Assembly: GCA_900088475.1 (NCBI GenBank)
Contig: FLMG01002043.1
Location: 7,928 to 71,927 of the forward strand
From: Hyphochytrium catenoides
Lineage: Eukaryota; Protista; Hyphochytriomycota
Direction of reading: 5' to 3'
DNA: 64,000 nt
The notes under the pieces were generated by a model. It was given only the letters and a program-made list of their open reading frames with translations, did no database searches and was not told the DNA's origin. Shown one piece after another: positions 12,481-26,300 of the stretch (position 1 is the first letter of the stretch; every line of letters starts with the position of its first letter). The position numbers and the translations under genes are program-made.

Positions 12481-13394
12481 CTACATAGGTCCAGCGCTCG
12501 TGCCCCGCGCGTCGTCGCTCTAGTCTAGGTGCTGTTGCCATAGAAATGTTGCTCCTTCAATAAGGTGGGCCATGAAACCCGGGCCTAATGATGATGTTAC
12601 ACCAGAGCTATCTTCTCTTCCGGGCGTAGACAGAGGAAGGCTTCTCCGGTCGCTAATAAGAGGAGCCCACTGGGAAGGGAAGGAGCATGCAAGGAAGAAG
12701 CCCTACTACTGATGACAAGAGCAAAGACAAGGGAGCGACTAGTGCGGCTTTGGGTAGGCTGCGAAGCAACCACCTCCTTGTTCATGAGCATTAGCAGTAA
12801 AGTCTATGTGGCCTTTACCTTGCTTCTTCTGGTTGCAGTTCTAATTTTGCCAAGGAACTCCCACGACGCGAGACTCTTCTTTCATCTCTCTAATAACACT
12901 TCCTCTATCGTGGTGTTATCCAGTAGCAGAACGAATATCTATAATCTTATACAATGGACCATCTTCTTCCCGTCCACGTCTTTTATGTTTCCTGCCATCG
13001 AACAGACAAGGGATGCTTGCTAGAGTCTTCGTCCCATTCCGTTGTCTGCCACCTAATACATTTTGTTCATCCGGGCTCACTTCCTAGCCCGGATGGAGAG
13101 TCCTTGCTTGCAAAACTCTTTCCAACGGCGCTTTCATCTGTGTCCAGAGAAGCTTTCCTCTATCTGTCGCCTCTTTCCAACAGACGGAGAGACGAGTGCG
13201 CTCGCTTAGGACAATCTTGAGGAGGAGTAACGCATGATGAAGAGACACTGCTAAAGAAGGCCGCAGCGCCTAAGGAAGCATGCCCAACTCGAGAGAGAAT
13301 TCTTTCTCCGGGTAGGCAGCGAGAGAAAGTCTTGGAAGGAAGTTCTTTCTCCACTTCTCCTCTACTACCTCTTGGATACACCTCTACCATCTCC

Positions 13395-15206
13395 TCATCC
13401 TGGTGGAGTCCTGTTATTCTTCGCGAGTGAGGAGGTCTGGAAGGCGATGGAAGTGGGAGAAGCAGGGGCAGGAGGAGGAAAGGAAGGGAGAGAGCTGACG
13501 ATTGTGCTAGTAGGCACAACTACTGATGACGATGACGGCTTCCAGTGGCCTCCTCCTGCCTGACCACGTTGCTTCGTCTGCCTGGCATCACCTCGAGATC
13601 TGCCTTCCTCCCCTTCGTCTCCCGTTACAGCGTTCTTTCGTTCTTCTCCGTCGTCCAACATTTCTTCCAGAAGCCTCACTCTTTCCTTTATAAAGACACA
13701 GTCCCTGGGATGCCTGTAAGCCGTTATAATAACCTTAGCCATTAGCACCAGCACCGTCAACCCGCGATGAATGCAAAAGTCAAAGAGAGAGAAACTCCAT
13801 CGGAGAGTTAAGCCATAGTTGATGTTGGACTCCAGCTTGACCAGTCCTTTGGCCAAATCTAGACGATAATAGCAGACGTCCTTTGGGATACGCAGCTGCA
13901 GCACTGCCACTACCGCCAGAGACCAGAGGAAGAACACTGCCATCGTTATTCGTAGGCGTTTCCTTATGGACACCGGGCTGCTGTCATACAGCAGGAAAGT
14001 GACTGCGAGGAAGAAAAAAATCGCGAGACAGAGTACGCCCACCACTGAAGAGAAGCACAGAGATGCCCAGAGCGACAGAGAGAAGAACGCTGCCTCGGTG
14101 AGGAGAAAGAGCGTCTCAAACATGAAAAACGTCCGCTGCAGAAGAGCAAAATTCATAAGTGACGTGCTCTGGAGGGCCATATAACTGATGGAGAAGACAT
14201 AGACAAAGGCATAGAGAAAGCGTTGTACTTGTTCGCCCATCACGTCTAGGAGAGAGAGCCAGAAGCCTGTACATCCTAAGCTGACAACCAGCCAGTTGGA
14301 GAAAGTGATAACCTTTCTTCTCTTGTACCACCAGAGAGAGAAAGGACCGCCAAAGAGACGGGTCATAACGGTTAAATGACTCTCTTCAGGGCTAAGCGGC
14401 CAATAAGGTGTCACCGCGACCAGTGCGCGGTGCTTTCTCACTTTTCTTCCTTTCTCTCCTTCGCCTGCCTCTCTTCTTGCCTTCTCTACGAGCTCTGGAA
14501 AGGATGGGCCTGGCAGTACCTTCTTCTCATCATTATCGTCTCTTGCCTGCTTTGCCTCCTTGTGTTTATAGTTGTTGTCAGCGCTCTCTTTGTCTCTCTT
14601 TCTCAATAGATAATCGTCCTTCTCGGCAAGGCCGACCGGAAGAAACATCGATGAGGGAGAGAAAGGAGGCGAGGAAGGAAGAAATGATGGAGGTGGACAA
14701 AAGGAAGTGGCCGGGGCCAGGGAGAGAGAGAGAGGGTGACAGCAAGATGGACACAAAGAAGCGGACGGAGTAGTAGAAGAGGGAGACGCACCAGTGAGGG
14801 ACAAGAGAGAGCCACTAGAGTAAGAAGGCGGCAACAGACCCGGTGACCGTGGACAGAGAGGCTTCAGAGGATTAGACGGCCTGATGGAAAAAGCACTCCG
14901 TGTCTTCCGCTCCACTTCTTCTCTCTCCTCTCCCTCTCTTTTATCCAAGTCATCCTCCCGCAAGAACCGCTCAATTTCCTCTTTGACTCTCAGGAGCTCT
15001 TTCCTTGCCTCTCTCGCCGAGGAAGACAGATACACATCATGGCTTTCCTGGCTGTTTACGCTGGTCAGCGTTGTTCGCCGTCTTTCTTCCTTACGGTCTT
15101 GGTCGCGCTTATTCCTCTGTTCTTTCAGTCGCTGCAACAAGGGAGACGAAAGGGTCTGAATCTCCTTAGCTCCAAGAGATCCTGGAGGGGGAGACGACAG
15201 AGGCAT
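13395..15206 (-). CDS. Uncharacterised multi-pass membrane protein (603 aa)
   Basis: Long uninterrupted ORF with a charged, Ser/Pro-rich N-terminal half and about 6-7 hydrophobic segments in the C-terminal half. Confidence 0.75.
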   Translation of the reverse strand: MPLSSPPPGSLGAKEIQTLSSPLLQRLKEQRNKRDQDRKEERRRTTLTSVNSQESHDVYLSSSAREARKELLRVKEEIERFLREDDLDKREGEEREEVERKTRSAFSIRPSNPLKPLCPRSPGLLPPSYSSGSLLSLTGASPSSTTPSASLCPSCCHPLSLSLAPATSFCPPPSFLPSSPPFSPSSMFLPVGLAEKDDYLLRKRDKESADNNYKHKEAKQARDDNDEKKVLPGPSFPELVEKARREAGEGEKGRKVRKHRALVAVTPYWPLSPEESHLTVMTRLFGGPFSLWWYKRRKVITFSNWLVVSLGCTGFWLSLLDVMGEQVQRFLYAFVYVFSISYMALQSTSLMNFALLQRTFFMFETLFLLTEAAFFSLSLWASLCFSSVVGVLCLAIFFFLAVTFLLYDSSPVSIRKRLRITMAVFFLWSLAVVAVLQLRIPKDVCYYRLDLAKGLVKLESNINYGLTLRWSFSLFDFCIHRGLTVLVLMAKVIITAYRHPRDCVFIKERVRLLEEMLDDGEERKNAVTGDEGEEGRSRGDARQTKQRGQAGGGHWKPSSSSVVVPTSTIVSSLPSFPPPAPASPTSIAFQTSSLAKNNRTPPG

Positions 15207-16329
15207 CTCTCCCTCCCTCTCCTCTGAGGCACTCTTTCTTCCTTACAGCCTCGCTTAGCTACCACTGTCGCCCTTTAGAGTGAAGGGCACCTTTCCCACA
15301 TGCTAACGAAGGCATGAGACTAAAGAAGAAAGAAAGAAGAAAGAGATCGAACAGCCAGTCTATTTTCAAAGACCGGAAGAGCTCTTCTTGTACGAGGTAG
15401 AGACAGCGAAGGAGGCAGATTGGAACAGAGAGTGGGAACGCAAAAAGGTGATGCTCCGGCTGCGACGACACAATCGGGACAACGGGGCCATCCCACTACA
15501 GGAATAGCAGCGGAGTATCGAGAGGATTATGGAGCAGCAGAAGTACGAGGGCGGGGCGCGCCTGTCTTCTCCCGGCCAGCCTTTACCCGGCACTGGCACA
15601 TCCTCCTGCCACCGCTGACGAGCAGAGGGGAGAGCAGCAGCAGCGGAACGAAAAGAAAAGCGGAGAGGTGGTTGAGAGGAGAGAGCTAGGAGAGAGTGGA
15701 GCGGCAGTGGATGGCCTGTGAAGGTGCAAAGAAGCACAGGGGAGGCAAAGGAGGAGATAGAGAGAAGTTGTTGAACAAGAGGCAGGATTGGAACTTAGAG
15801 AGAGAGAGAGGGAGAGGGGACTGTGGAGAGGAATACAAGGAGAGAAGGAAGAGGAACTCGAAGCTCTACTGGCCGCCAGATTATTGAGAGCTTGTTGCAG
15901 CCTGGCTGGCTTTAACTCTTGCAGAAGCCATGCTATGGATTTTGAGGACAACGTGCCACCGTCTCTTTATTAACAATGCTGCTTTGGTCTTTCCTCTGTC
16001 TCCTTATTCTTCCCCTTTGATGATCAGACAGCTAGGGACCAAAGAAGATAGATTGATGGAATGTGAGAGTTAAGAGCCCATCACCCTCTCTCTCTCTTCC
16101 CTGTGGCTCAGGGGTTAGCTCGCAACCTTGGCCCTCCCTCGTCTGTCTTCTTCCCCCCCCAGCGGACCTTCTCTCGTTTGCCCTTCCCTCCTCCCTCCCC
16201 TTCTTACTAGACAGAACCATCAGGTGGTAAAACGTAAGCAACCTCTTCCGCTCTCTCTCACTATATCTCCTTTCCTGTCTCCCAGTCCCTTGTGTCGCCA
16301 TCCTATCCTTTCGCTTTCCCTCTGACCCA

Positions 16330-16431
16330 ACTCCCATCATGCCTCTCTCCTTCTCTCCCTCTCCTCCCTCTCTTCTCTCTCTCTCTCTCTCTCTCTCNNN
16401 NNNNNNNNNNNNNNNNNNNNNNNNNNNNNNN
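16330..16431. repeat. (CT)n microsatellite abutting a 34-N assembly gap (16398-16431)
   Basis: Directly visible. Confidence 0.95.
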
Positions 16432-19400
16432 AGGCTCAAGCTGTCGTCGCCTGCACTGCTCCCCGCTACCCTGACACACAGACCGCACCCAAAACTCCGT
16501 ATTCCTGTGATGCAATAACTGACTTCTTTTTCAAGATATGGGTTAGGGTAAAGCGGAGTTTCATGTTGTCAAGAGTGAGATGTAACCACCACCCACCTCC
16601 TCTCAAGACCGTTACGGGCCACCACTCCTGTCGGTTGATGGTTATTCCGCAGGATCATAAGTGTTATCCAGAATCACACTGCTTGATTCAGTATCCTCTG
16701 GCCCTTCAGCAGCCGCAGCTAAGAGCGAAGAGCTGAGAGGAAGATCCCTTGCTCTCACCATCAGCTGAATGATGATGGAGATCCACGAGAGCGCGAAAGC
16801 TCGTACAGTATTAGAGAGGAAAGAAGAAGATCTCTCCCGCGGTGGATCTTTAGTGTGGGACTGGGAGTAGGGGACAAGAGACCTTGCCGCCTCTTCTCTT
16901 TCTGTTGTTGCTGTGGACCCTTCTTGCTGCGGTGGACGTACTTGGTGTCTGGCTATCAATAGTCATATATGGTGCCACCCAGAGCCAAGCTGGAGCACAA
17001 CTCTATGACCAAAACAGAGAATAGAGACGACTAGTCTAGTAGACGCTGTCCAGAGCATAAGGGGCTTCTAGACGAAGAAGTCGTTAAGATTTTGACTGAT
17101 ATGTCCGCTGAACTTCGTCCATCCCGCGTTAAAGGACAATGGATCCTTTCGGGTTGGGGCAGACGCCAGGAGGAGGGAGGAGACGAGTTCCTCCTAGCAG
17201 TAAGAGAACGTGTAGAAGAGGTCAGCGGTGACCGTTGCTAATGCTTGTTGTTGCTGTTGGTGGAACCAGCATCATACAGCAGAGAGAGAGAACTTTCAAG
17301 ATCACGATGTATACTTCTTAAGGCACGGCGTGTGCGGTAAAGATCTCGCCTGTATCCGATGGCGAAGAGGTTGAGCGGATTGAAGGAACGCCGCCTTAAG
17401 ACCACATCCATTGCGTTCCTTCAAGGAGTAGGCCACGCCTTTTTGATGATGGCACCAGGAGGCCTAACAAAGAAGACAAGCAACCATAGAGAAGTTGCTT
17501 ACGTTGTCATCAGACGTGGGCCTGAACCTGCTAGAGTGCGATTTACCACATGCAGCCGCCTATTGTCTCAAACAGTATGAGGAGATACTATTGCACCGAC
17601 GTCGTGATAAGTGGGTCGCAGGAGAGAACTATTTCGTGACGGCGGTGCCAATGTACAAGGTCCAAACTAGAGACTCAGTAGGTTGAGAAGACGACGGTAG
17701 AGCTCCAAGGCGACCTTATCAAACAACTGGCAGTAGCAGCGCAGCGACTGGCCCATGCGCTGGGGTCGTCGGATCCTGATGTACTGCCTTCCAACACCAG
17801 TCATGACGAGTCGTGACCAGAAGATATCAATTGCGGTTCTACTATCGACGCTCTTCTTGAGATCTTCTTCCCGTTGGCCGAGGGTGCTGCTGTCTTGAAG
17901 CCCTAGCCCTTCCCTGCAACTATTCATACGACGATGGCGATCTGTCCAATTGTTCTTCTTTATCTTTGTCGATAGGGAAAGTGTTATGTTTAGTCGCTTG
18001 TCAATTCCTGACTACCTTCCGTCGTACTACTCAATTGAAGGAAGCCTCGTGAGAAAGACTTGAACAGTGCTGTCTCCTCCATCATTATCCCCTTGCTTTA
18101 CCCCTCTATCTGTTTCTCAGCTCTTCTGTCATCCTCTTTTCCCTTGTTCCAACTCTTTGTCCTTGTTCCACCTCTTTGTCCTGTCTCTCCTCGCTCAAAT
18201 AATACGGCTCTTCAGACGTGCACTCCTATCAGTGTCGTTAACGGGAAGAAGAAAGAGGTCTACTAATTATAAGCGCCGACCTCACCAGCAAGAGCTTCTA
18301 TATTTACATCGAACGTCCATTATCATATATAAGAACCATTAGGTGCATGCATGCGACCTCTATCCACATTCTCATTCAGAGACAAGATATCGTCATCTTG
18401 CGCGGGTGCCCCTCATCTACTTGCTGCTTAATGCAAGGAGAACCCACCCACTGACGCTGGTTTTGAGAGTACTAGCCATACGTACGTCAGGGCAACCAGC
18501 TACAGCCTTGCGCTTCCCTACGATATCATATTTTCTTCTTGCTTTCCTTTCTCCATACAATATGCTCTGCTTCTTGCTAGTCATCGGTTTGGCCCCCTCT
18601 GAGCTAACTATTTCAGCTTCCCATCATAGAGAGTACTGTCGACCACCCTCTTCTCGCCTCTTCTGGTTCTCTGCCATCATCGAGGGAAACTCCAAGGCAA
18701 ACATTTATGAAACAAAGTAAAATCAACCTAATAACTTATGCTTCTGGTGCCCCTGAAGAATGATGATGTAGAAGATACACCAGAAAGGCTCAGAGAAAGC
18801 AAAGAAACGACCGATCTAGGCTAAAGAGACGAGTAGCACTTCCTTCAGTTGGCTGTGATGGATCTACCATTGGTCGATTGGACCCATATCAAGTTCATCA
18901 GTGGCTACGGAGCTAGGCGAAGGAAGCCTAGAAGAAGGCGTGACCTCTTTGTTGCCCGGGACGAGGCCTCTGCTGGTTTTTTTTTTAGATAAGAGAACAC
19001 CACTTAGTATTGAGGGACATTGAGAGTCGCAGATGTGAGGCACGAAGGTGGAAGGGAAAGGTTAAAGGAAACAGGAACTAAAGAAGTGCACTCACCTTCG
19101 TACTGATGAGGAGAGAGAGTGAGTGCACTATTCTCATGGGAGATTGAACCGACCAATCTTTGTAACGGACAACACTACAACCTTTCTATCTTTCCTTCTG
19201 CCGTGCCGATCCATAATCATGATAACTGAATAGCTCTAGATAAAGAATAAATTTAAACAACATTGCTGATAAGCGAATCGTGGATGTTCTGTTTTTGGGG
19301 TGACGGAGCTTTCAGAATCTTAGAAGCCATCTTCTTCTCTTCTTCTTCCTTCCTTCTTCCTTGGTGCTCCTGCTAACTCCTGCCCTCCGTCGTGCTTTAT

Positions 19401-19825
19401 CCCAAGGCCGCGCAGCTGGCTGCTCGTTGTTCTTCTTGGTGGTGGAAGAAGGGCAACAGGGGCAGAGCCATGCGGGGGACAAAGACAGCGAAGAGGAGAG
19501 GTAGCGCACCTTCAAGTAGGCAGGAAGAAAGCCCAACCCCGCTTTGTCCTGGTAGAGAGCCAAACTTCTCAGCTCTTTGCGCCCGTCCCATTCCCTTGGC
19601 GCTATCCTTCTGTTTAGCTCGTTGAAGCCCATCACTCTGATCTTCTCTCTTAGGACCGAATCTACCTTCCCAACCCCAAGCGCACTCATATCTAAAACTG
19701 CAAGGACGAAGACAGGCATCATACCCTCACCACCTAAAAAAGGAATCAAAACTCCTTAAGAAGGAGCTCGAGTTGGGAACTCTTACACTTAGGAGAGCCG
19801 GCCATAAAGTCTCTCAAAGAGAATA

Positions 19826-20095
19826 ATGCCATCCCTGGTAGCTGACGAGCTCAAAGACATTGAAAACAAGCTCCGGAAGACAATCCAAGGCCTGGAGCGG
19901 CTGCAAAAGGAAGGGGGACACAATACGGACGATCTGAACCCATTCCAGGATCAACTGCGAGAAATTGACGACAAGTGGAAGGAAGGAAAGATCGAGGTTG
20001 ATGGACAGATCCCCGAAGGACAGGCAGAGATATCCGAGCTTCTCGCTCAAGCTCACGACCTCGTAGAGCGACTATTGGACTCCATGGAAGGCTAA
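19826..20095 (+). CDS. Small protein consisting of one DUF2408 (YPL260W/Cub1-like) repeat
   Basis: 89-aa helical ORF. QLREIDDKWKEGKIEVDGQIPEGQAEISELLAQAHDLV matches the recalled repeat consensus L.EID..R.DGKF...DG.IP.GQ..L..LL.ECH.L. Confidence 0.75.
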   Translation: MPSLVADELKDIENKLRKTIQGLERLQKEGGHNTDDLNPFQDQLREIDDKWKEGKIEVDGQIPEGQAEISELLAQAHDLVERLLDSMEG

Positions 20096-23000
20096 ATATA
20101 CCTGGGAAATCCTCTCCATTTGGAGGGCGCTTAGGAATGTAGAAAGTGCCTTTGTATAGTGACAGTAAGGAAGTTTATAGCAGACAAATGGAAGAGAGAC
20201 GGAGAAAGATGTAGATAGGGCAGACACAGGAAGAAAACGCAAAGAGAAAGAAAGAGCGACTTTCTTATCGAGATGGAGCTCTGGTCTGTCTATAGGTTCA
20301 AATGATTAGCACCCAGAACCTTGACCCATAAAGGGTAAATGAAAGCTGCTGGACTATCACCTAGTTGGTTGGTTTCTCTCTCTATAGTCCTTGTGAAGCC
20401 TCATTTTGGACGCGGCTGTTGTCTCCTATTCTCCCCACTCCTCTGGTCTAGCGATAGGTGCGTTCTAGCTTTGTGAGTGTGACATGGAGCTCAATGGTTA
20501 TCTCGTTGGTCTTGCTTATCGCCCCAGCTCTGGCAGGCCCCATACCTTCCCACCGCACAGCCACCTCTTTCGTCCTCTGACTCTTCACCCCTGATACTTT
20601 CTCTTTTGTTATCAGCTATGGTTTTGGTTTAAATAGAGTTCTGCTGGTCTGCATAGGTTTCATATCTCCCGATCTCTAGAAAGTCTCTGACGCTGCTGTC
20701 TAATGAGATTCCTGGGAACTTTAGCAGCTCCGCCAGAAACTCTTCTAGCCCTTCTCGTCGCCGCGCCACAAACTCTGGCGACATGTTGTCCTGACAGCAC
20801 CACCATGTGCGAGGTGGCTGAGGTGGTAAAGATTGGAACGAGCAGCAAACAGGGAGAGGAAAAGGCAGGATATGGCAGATGGTTAGAGGGACTTTAAATT
20901 GTGGAGTACCCAGGACGGTCTAGGAGCGCGGACAGTTGAAGAAAGGCAGAAACCGCGTAGAAGAGCTCAAACAGAAACCAGGCAGAGTCCCCAGAGTCGA
21001 TGGTTTGGTGTGGTAAAACCTACCAGATCTGGAAGGTGCCCCTCAGAGAGAAAAGAAACCTTCGATACGCTGGCAAATAAATAGAGAAGAACAAAGATGA
21101 TGAGGGAGAGAAGGGAAAAAGCGTGGAATTGGGAGACGCATCAGCTGGTCGGGCAAAAGCGGTAATCCTCAGCTTTCTCTGTCACTGACTCCCCATCGGC
21201 ACTAGCCTTGTGCTTACATAATCACAGGTATACCGCCCAGTTCTTTCTTCGACTCGCTAGGCTCTACGCCGCACGCCATCCTCTATTACAACGGGCCTAT
21301 TTTCGCTCTATTCTGCCATCTACCCCATAGCTTCCTCTCAGCGCACGGAGCTGTTGCTTTCCCACCTCCCATCCGTCAGAGTTCTTTGTTCTTACGATAT
21401 ATGAGTTCCAAGATCTATCTTGGTAACCCACTATCTGTCTCTCTCTACTTTCTATGCTTTGCAGTCTACACAGAAGGCATCATGCTATGGTCTGGGCAGC
21501 TCTCCTCAGCCTACCTCTCTCTAAAACTGGCAAACTCCCGATAGCGACGCCAGACGTCCCATGTGAACTCTGCGCAGGAGATGGAGATCTTGTACTCAGT
21601 AAATCCACCGCGTGGCGAGGTGCGTGACTCTGGAACATTCAATGTGAAGAACTCACCGCCTGGAAGCGAGAGAGAAAGAGAGACGTCGGAGAAGCAGACA
21701 GACGAACGATGACGTGATCAGGTCGAAAGGAAGTCAGAGAGGAAAGACGGTTAGTTGAACCTAAAGATCAGTTAAGGAGCACATCACGGAAGTGAGAACG
21801 GGACGAAGGAGAAGAGGAATGGAAAGCTAACAGGAATAAAGTATAGCTGGTTCCACCAGGCCAGAAGGATTGCAATGCTGGTGCTTGACGACGCAGGGCC
21901 TAGAAAGGACATTATTCTGACGGTGATGGGGGATGAACAACAGCGGAAGACGGAGTGAAGGTTTGGAAGGAAGAAAAGGTGAAGGAAGGTATGTCTCAGT
22001 GTAGTATCAGTGATGCTGAAGGAGGAGGATGGGTCCCCTACCATAGCGCTTTGACCATTTCTCCGCAGGCAAAAAGACAGAGCAAGGCTGTCTGGGCGTG
22101 CCATTCATCCTTCCTCCCAGGGCTTGTCTTATATTGTACCTCTTCCCTTCTTGGCACCCGACCAGCCCTTGGCGGGATCTCAGGGATGAGCCGTAAGACA
22201 GGAAAGTCAGCCGCAAGCCTGATGCCGTCTATATCTTCTCTTGTCCTTCTTGCCTCCTTTTATAGGAGGGGCCCGCTCCCTTTGTTTATAAGCCCTTGCG
22301 CACGTACTTCTCACTAATCGATGGGTGCCCAGGAGCTTGCAGCTGGCGAAGATAGGGAGGAGAGGACGCTGAGGACCGCAGGAAGAATAGGAAACCGTTA
22401 TGCGGGAGGACAGTCGATCACTCCGGTGACTTGTCAATGGGTCTTTTGGGACCTACTGAGCTGGGTGAGGCTGTGGGTTGACGGAGGAAGGGGTAGCGGC
22501 CTTGCTAGATGGCTGTCCTGAGCTTCCTGCCCTCGTTTTGGCGGCGCTCCCAATTTTTTCATGCGCTGTCTGTCTCCTGTCCACGCTCCTCCTCCCTCTG
22601 TCTCTGCTTCACTGCTGCTGTTTACACTTTCCCGTCTCCTTGTCGCTCTAAGCCACTCTGTGTTTTTGTAACTGTGCCTCTTCCTCTTGTTTTCCTAGGA
22701 GTTTGATGTCTCTGTCTCGGGTCCCCTCTGTCTCTCGTCTCTCTGTCTGTCCTGCTGGTCCCATCTGATGCAGAGTATGGATCGGGTCCTCTGCTTCCCA
22801 CTGCTGTAACAAGCGCGGTGTCCTGGCTCTGATGATGAGCAGGAAAGGATCAAAGACACAAACGGACAATCTGCTCCCGATTATTGATTTTTCAGACTTT
22901 TAGACTTTATAACTTTATAAAAGTCGTAATCAGTAACTAAATACTGGTTACTACTCTCATTCCTGGATCTGCAGATCTGCAGTATTCAGAAGTTTCGGAT

Positions 23001-23323
23001 CTTCCATCCTCCGCATCATCAGAATCCAAAGCACCGACGATGATGCACTTCTTCGTCGTCGTCAGTCGGGAATCTTCATCAGAAAGCAGCTCGAGGTGAT
23101 CTGGCAGACAGAAGAGGGCCTGACAGGGAGCCGCACCAATCAGCCTAACATACACGACCAAAGGAGTCATCACCAGAAGGGTAGTGCCGCTTCTAACAAA
23201 GCCGTCCCAGCGAGCTCAGCGGACAAAACTCCAGGTTCTTGTAGGCAAGCTTAGTGGGCTCTTCTCGGCCAGCACATATAAACGAGGACTCTGGCCCCTA
23301 GTCAGGCCTTGGGAACGACAACG

Positions 23324-26300
23324 ATGGATGGACAGCCGTACTCGCTCTCAGAGACAGATGAAAAAGAGGAGCCAAAGTCCCACCAGGAGCAGCAAAGGAG
23401 CCAAATAATTGATAACGAGGGGAGGATAGACCAGGAGCCAGCAGCCTCTCTTGTATCCACGGGAGCCAAATTAGACGGTAGATCACATATGCGTTGTAGT
23501 TCCCCTATCCTTCCCGCAATAAACTAACTTGCTCTTCCCTTTACAGAGCTAAACTTGGGGAAGAGCGAAACGGAAGGCGGTGCTCGTTCTCCTTCGGATT
23601 CATCTGGGTCCCATGTTCCTGCTCCTCCTCCCTCAGACTCTTCCGATCTTCTTGAAACTCCTCCTTCCCCTTCTCCTTCCCCTTCTCCTGGCGACCTGTT
23701 GACTTATCGCTGTGTATGCGGACTGCTTCTTCTCGTCCCATCATGGGTTGTGCACTTTCAGTGCTCCGTCTGCAGCCAGCATCTACAATCGAGTGTCGCC
23801 TTGTCATCACAGCTGGAGGGGCGAGAGCTCACGCCTGAGTTGCTCAAAGCGGAGAAACCTAAGATGATCCTCTGGTGGCTGCTTAGGGCAGGTGGTGTCT
23901 TCCTCATTCCACTTTGAGCCTTGCTAAAGAACACACTCTCTTTGTTTCGTGATGTCTTGCTCTCCAGCTTGTCGGTCAAACCCACCCCAGCCAAGCCGGT
24001 TCTTCTGTCTCACTCCTTTTCCTTATGGCAGCCGTGAACGAAGACCTAGACAAGTTCCTTGATAGAAAGGACCTGTCAACCTTTGGAACCGAAGAAGCAG
24101 AGGACTATGTCACAGGTTCTACCTGCATAAGAGCTATCCATTTCGAAGACCACCTCTACCGGGGTTTTGCCCTAGCAATTTTTCTCCCTGTCTGTCCTTA
24201 ATCTTCATTCCCCTTTCCTCTTAACACTTAACCGGCACTCATGCAGCGTCCCTTCACTCCACATAGAGTTCTTCCGCACGGTCACGTCCTTCCCTCTATT
24301 TGCTGAGGATGCCAAGTGCTTGGAGAGCATTCGCCAAGCTTTCATTTATCTTCCAGAGATCGACAGGCAGCTTACCAAGTCGACAGGTCTGGACAGAACA
24401 ATAGAGAGTAAAGCTTAAAATGGACAAAGAGAGACTAGCCCCGACAGGCGGCCGTAGAGAGGGGGCGTGCACTAGGCGACATATACATACATGGTCAGGA
24501 CCAGAGAAGGAAACTTTAACGGGGGGAATTCAGACGCTCTCTCACCCAGATCCAGCTACAGCTCACAGGAGCTCCTTCCTTATGTTGCCATCCCCTTCAC
24601 CTATCCACGTCCTATTGGTCCTTTCCAGGCAAATCCTTGAAGCGGAAGCTCATGAAGACCATCCTATCTCCGATGTTCCACGCAGCAGCAGCAGGAATGG
24701 TAGAAGAAAAGCAAGATGAAACTGAAGAGGCGCCTAAGAGTGAGCCCTGCGGTTATCTGGACCGTCCTCCACCCTCGTTCTCTTCTTCGTGCTCGTCCTT
24801 ATCTCTCTTTCCACCACCTTACTTTCTGATGCAGCTCCCTCTTCCAGATGCTATCGATATCGTTCTCTTTCTGGCTAGCTATGTAGTTTAACAACGTTGG
24901 TCTTTGACCGTATTTAACTATCTATCTTGGCAGTTCTGCAGGAAAGCCCAAAGTCTTATGCCGCACTGAACTATCAGTTCAAGGTGCAAGCGATGAAGTA
25001 TTTCATGGAGCAAGGCCCTAGTGAGACTTCGCTACTCTGCTGCTTTATTCTTTAGCTCCCCTCTCCCTTCGCTCCTCCTGGTTCCGCCAACGTTGGTTTG
25101 CTTCACCATTCCTTCGTTTTTCAATGAAGAGGAAGTTTCTCCAGCTCTCGTCCTACGACTCTTTAGATCTACCGAACGACATCTCGTCCCTTCTCGCTCT
25201 GAGAGCGTTCAATGTTTCTCTTCCCGTCCATTTTAAGGTCTAGCTTAGGGTACTTCACGAATGCTGGCCTATAACGCTTGACTCCATCTTGTCTCTTTGG
25301 ATTTCTCTTTCGAATCTTCGCTTTTGAACCTCTTTCTTTCTGCTTCCCTAGCTCTCTGGTGATCGTATTAAAGGTCCACATTTTGTCTTCGTTTCCGTAG
25401 GTGCTATCTCACGTCAAGTCGACGAGTTCGTGTGCTGCCACTCAATTTCCGAGCTCCAGCCTGCACTTCGCTCCCTCGTCTCTCTTCACATCTCGAAGAC
25501 AACAGAAGGGACACTTGACTCTCTGGCCAAGGGAATGGATGTATCGAAGATGCGGCGCCTCTTCCGCATTGTCCCACGAAAGGCTATCATGCAGACCGTC
25601 AAAATGCACTTCGGAGGGGCGCTCATTAATGAGCTTGTTAGGGTACTGCATGCCGACAGCGCTTCTTTTATGTCTTAAGGCTGCAATTGGTAAACTTCCC
25701 TGTTGTGGCTCCGTACACTGAGAGTAGTTGGCTCCTTTTCTCTCCCATTGTTCGCTCTTGTCAGAACAGCCTCGGCCGTATTAGACTTTTTCTGTCGGTG
25801 ATCTACACGGCACTAACCTGCGCCGTTCATAGATTATATTTGTGAAGCCGTTCAACGCGAAAAGTGTATATGAGCGGATGGTGGAGGAACTGGTTGAGGT
25901 GAAGAAGACAGAAAAGACGCTGGCGCTCGCGGCAGGGCAGCTTCCGGCCACTGTCCGCGCGGTAAACCGTCGACTTTCTCTCACTGGGAATATATCTTCT
26001 GTTTTTGTTTTCTATTTCTTGCTTTGGCCTGGCGGCGGCTTCCCAGTTTGTCACTATGCTCTCTCCGCGATATGCATCATATCTGCCTGACGTCTTACAA
26101 AGTTCTTTTCTTTTCTTCTCTTGCTCAGCGACTGCTTGGTTTTCTGGATCATTCTGGTGCCGAGTTAGCGGTCAGTGAGAGCACGTTTGTCTCTCTTCTG
26201 CCCGACATCTTGCAAGACCCAAATCTTGGTGCAGCACTACCAGGTCCAGACTATGCCAGAGCTACGACAGGGTAAGGCTTTTATGGCTAGAGTCAAGCTA

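Noticed and set aside
12540-13000. NIKDVDGK ankyrin-like fragment on the - strand
   Set aside because: Too short, immediately interrupted by stops, and not repeated.
16980-17930. Coding-like + strand fragments
   Set aside because: Multiple stops and frameshifts and no recognisable family.
20480-23300. Exon-like segments with splice signals upstream of the PXB/MABP gene
   Set aside because: I could not build a stop-free spliced frame; these may be 5' exons or a pseudogene and need RNA-seq.
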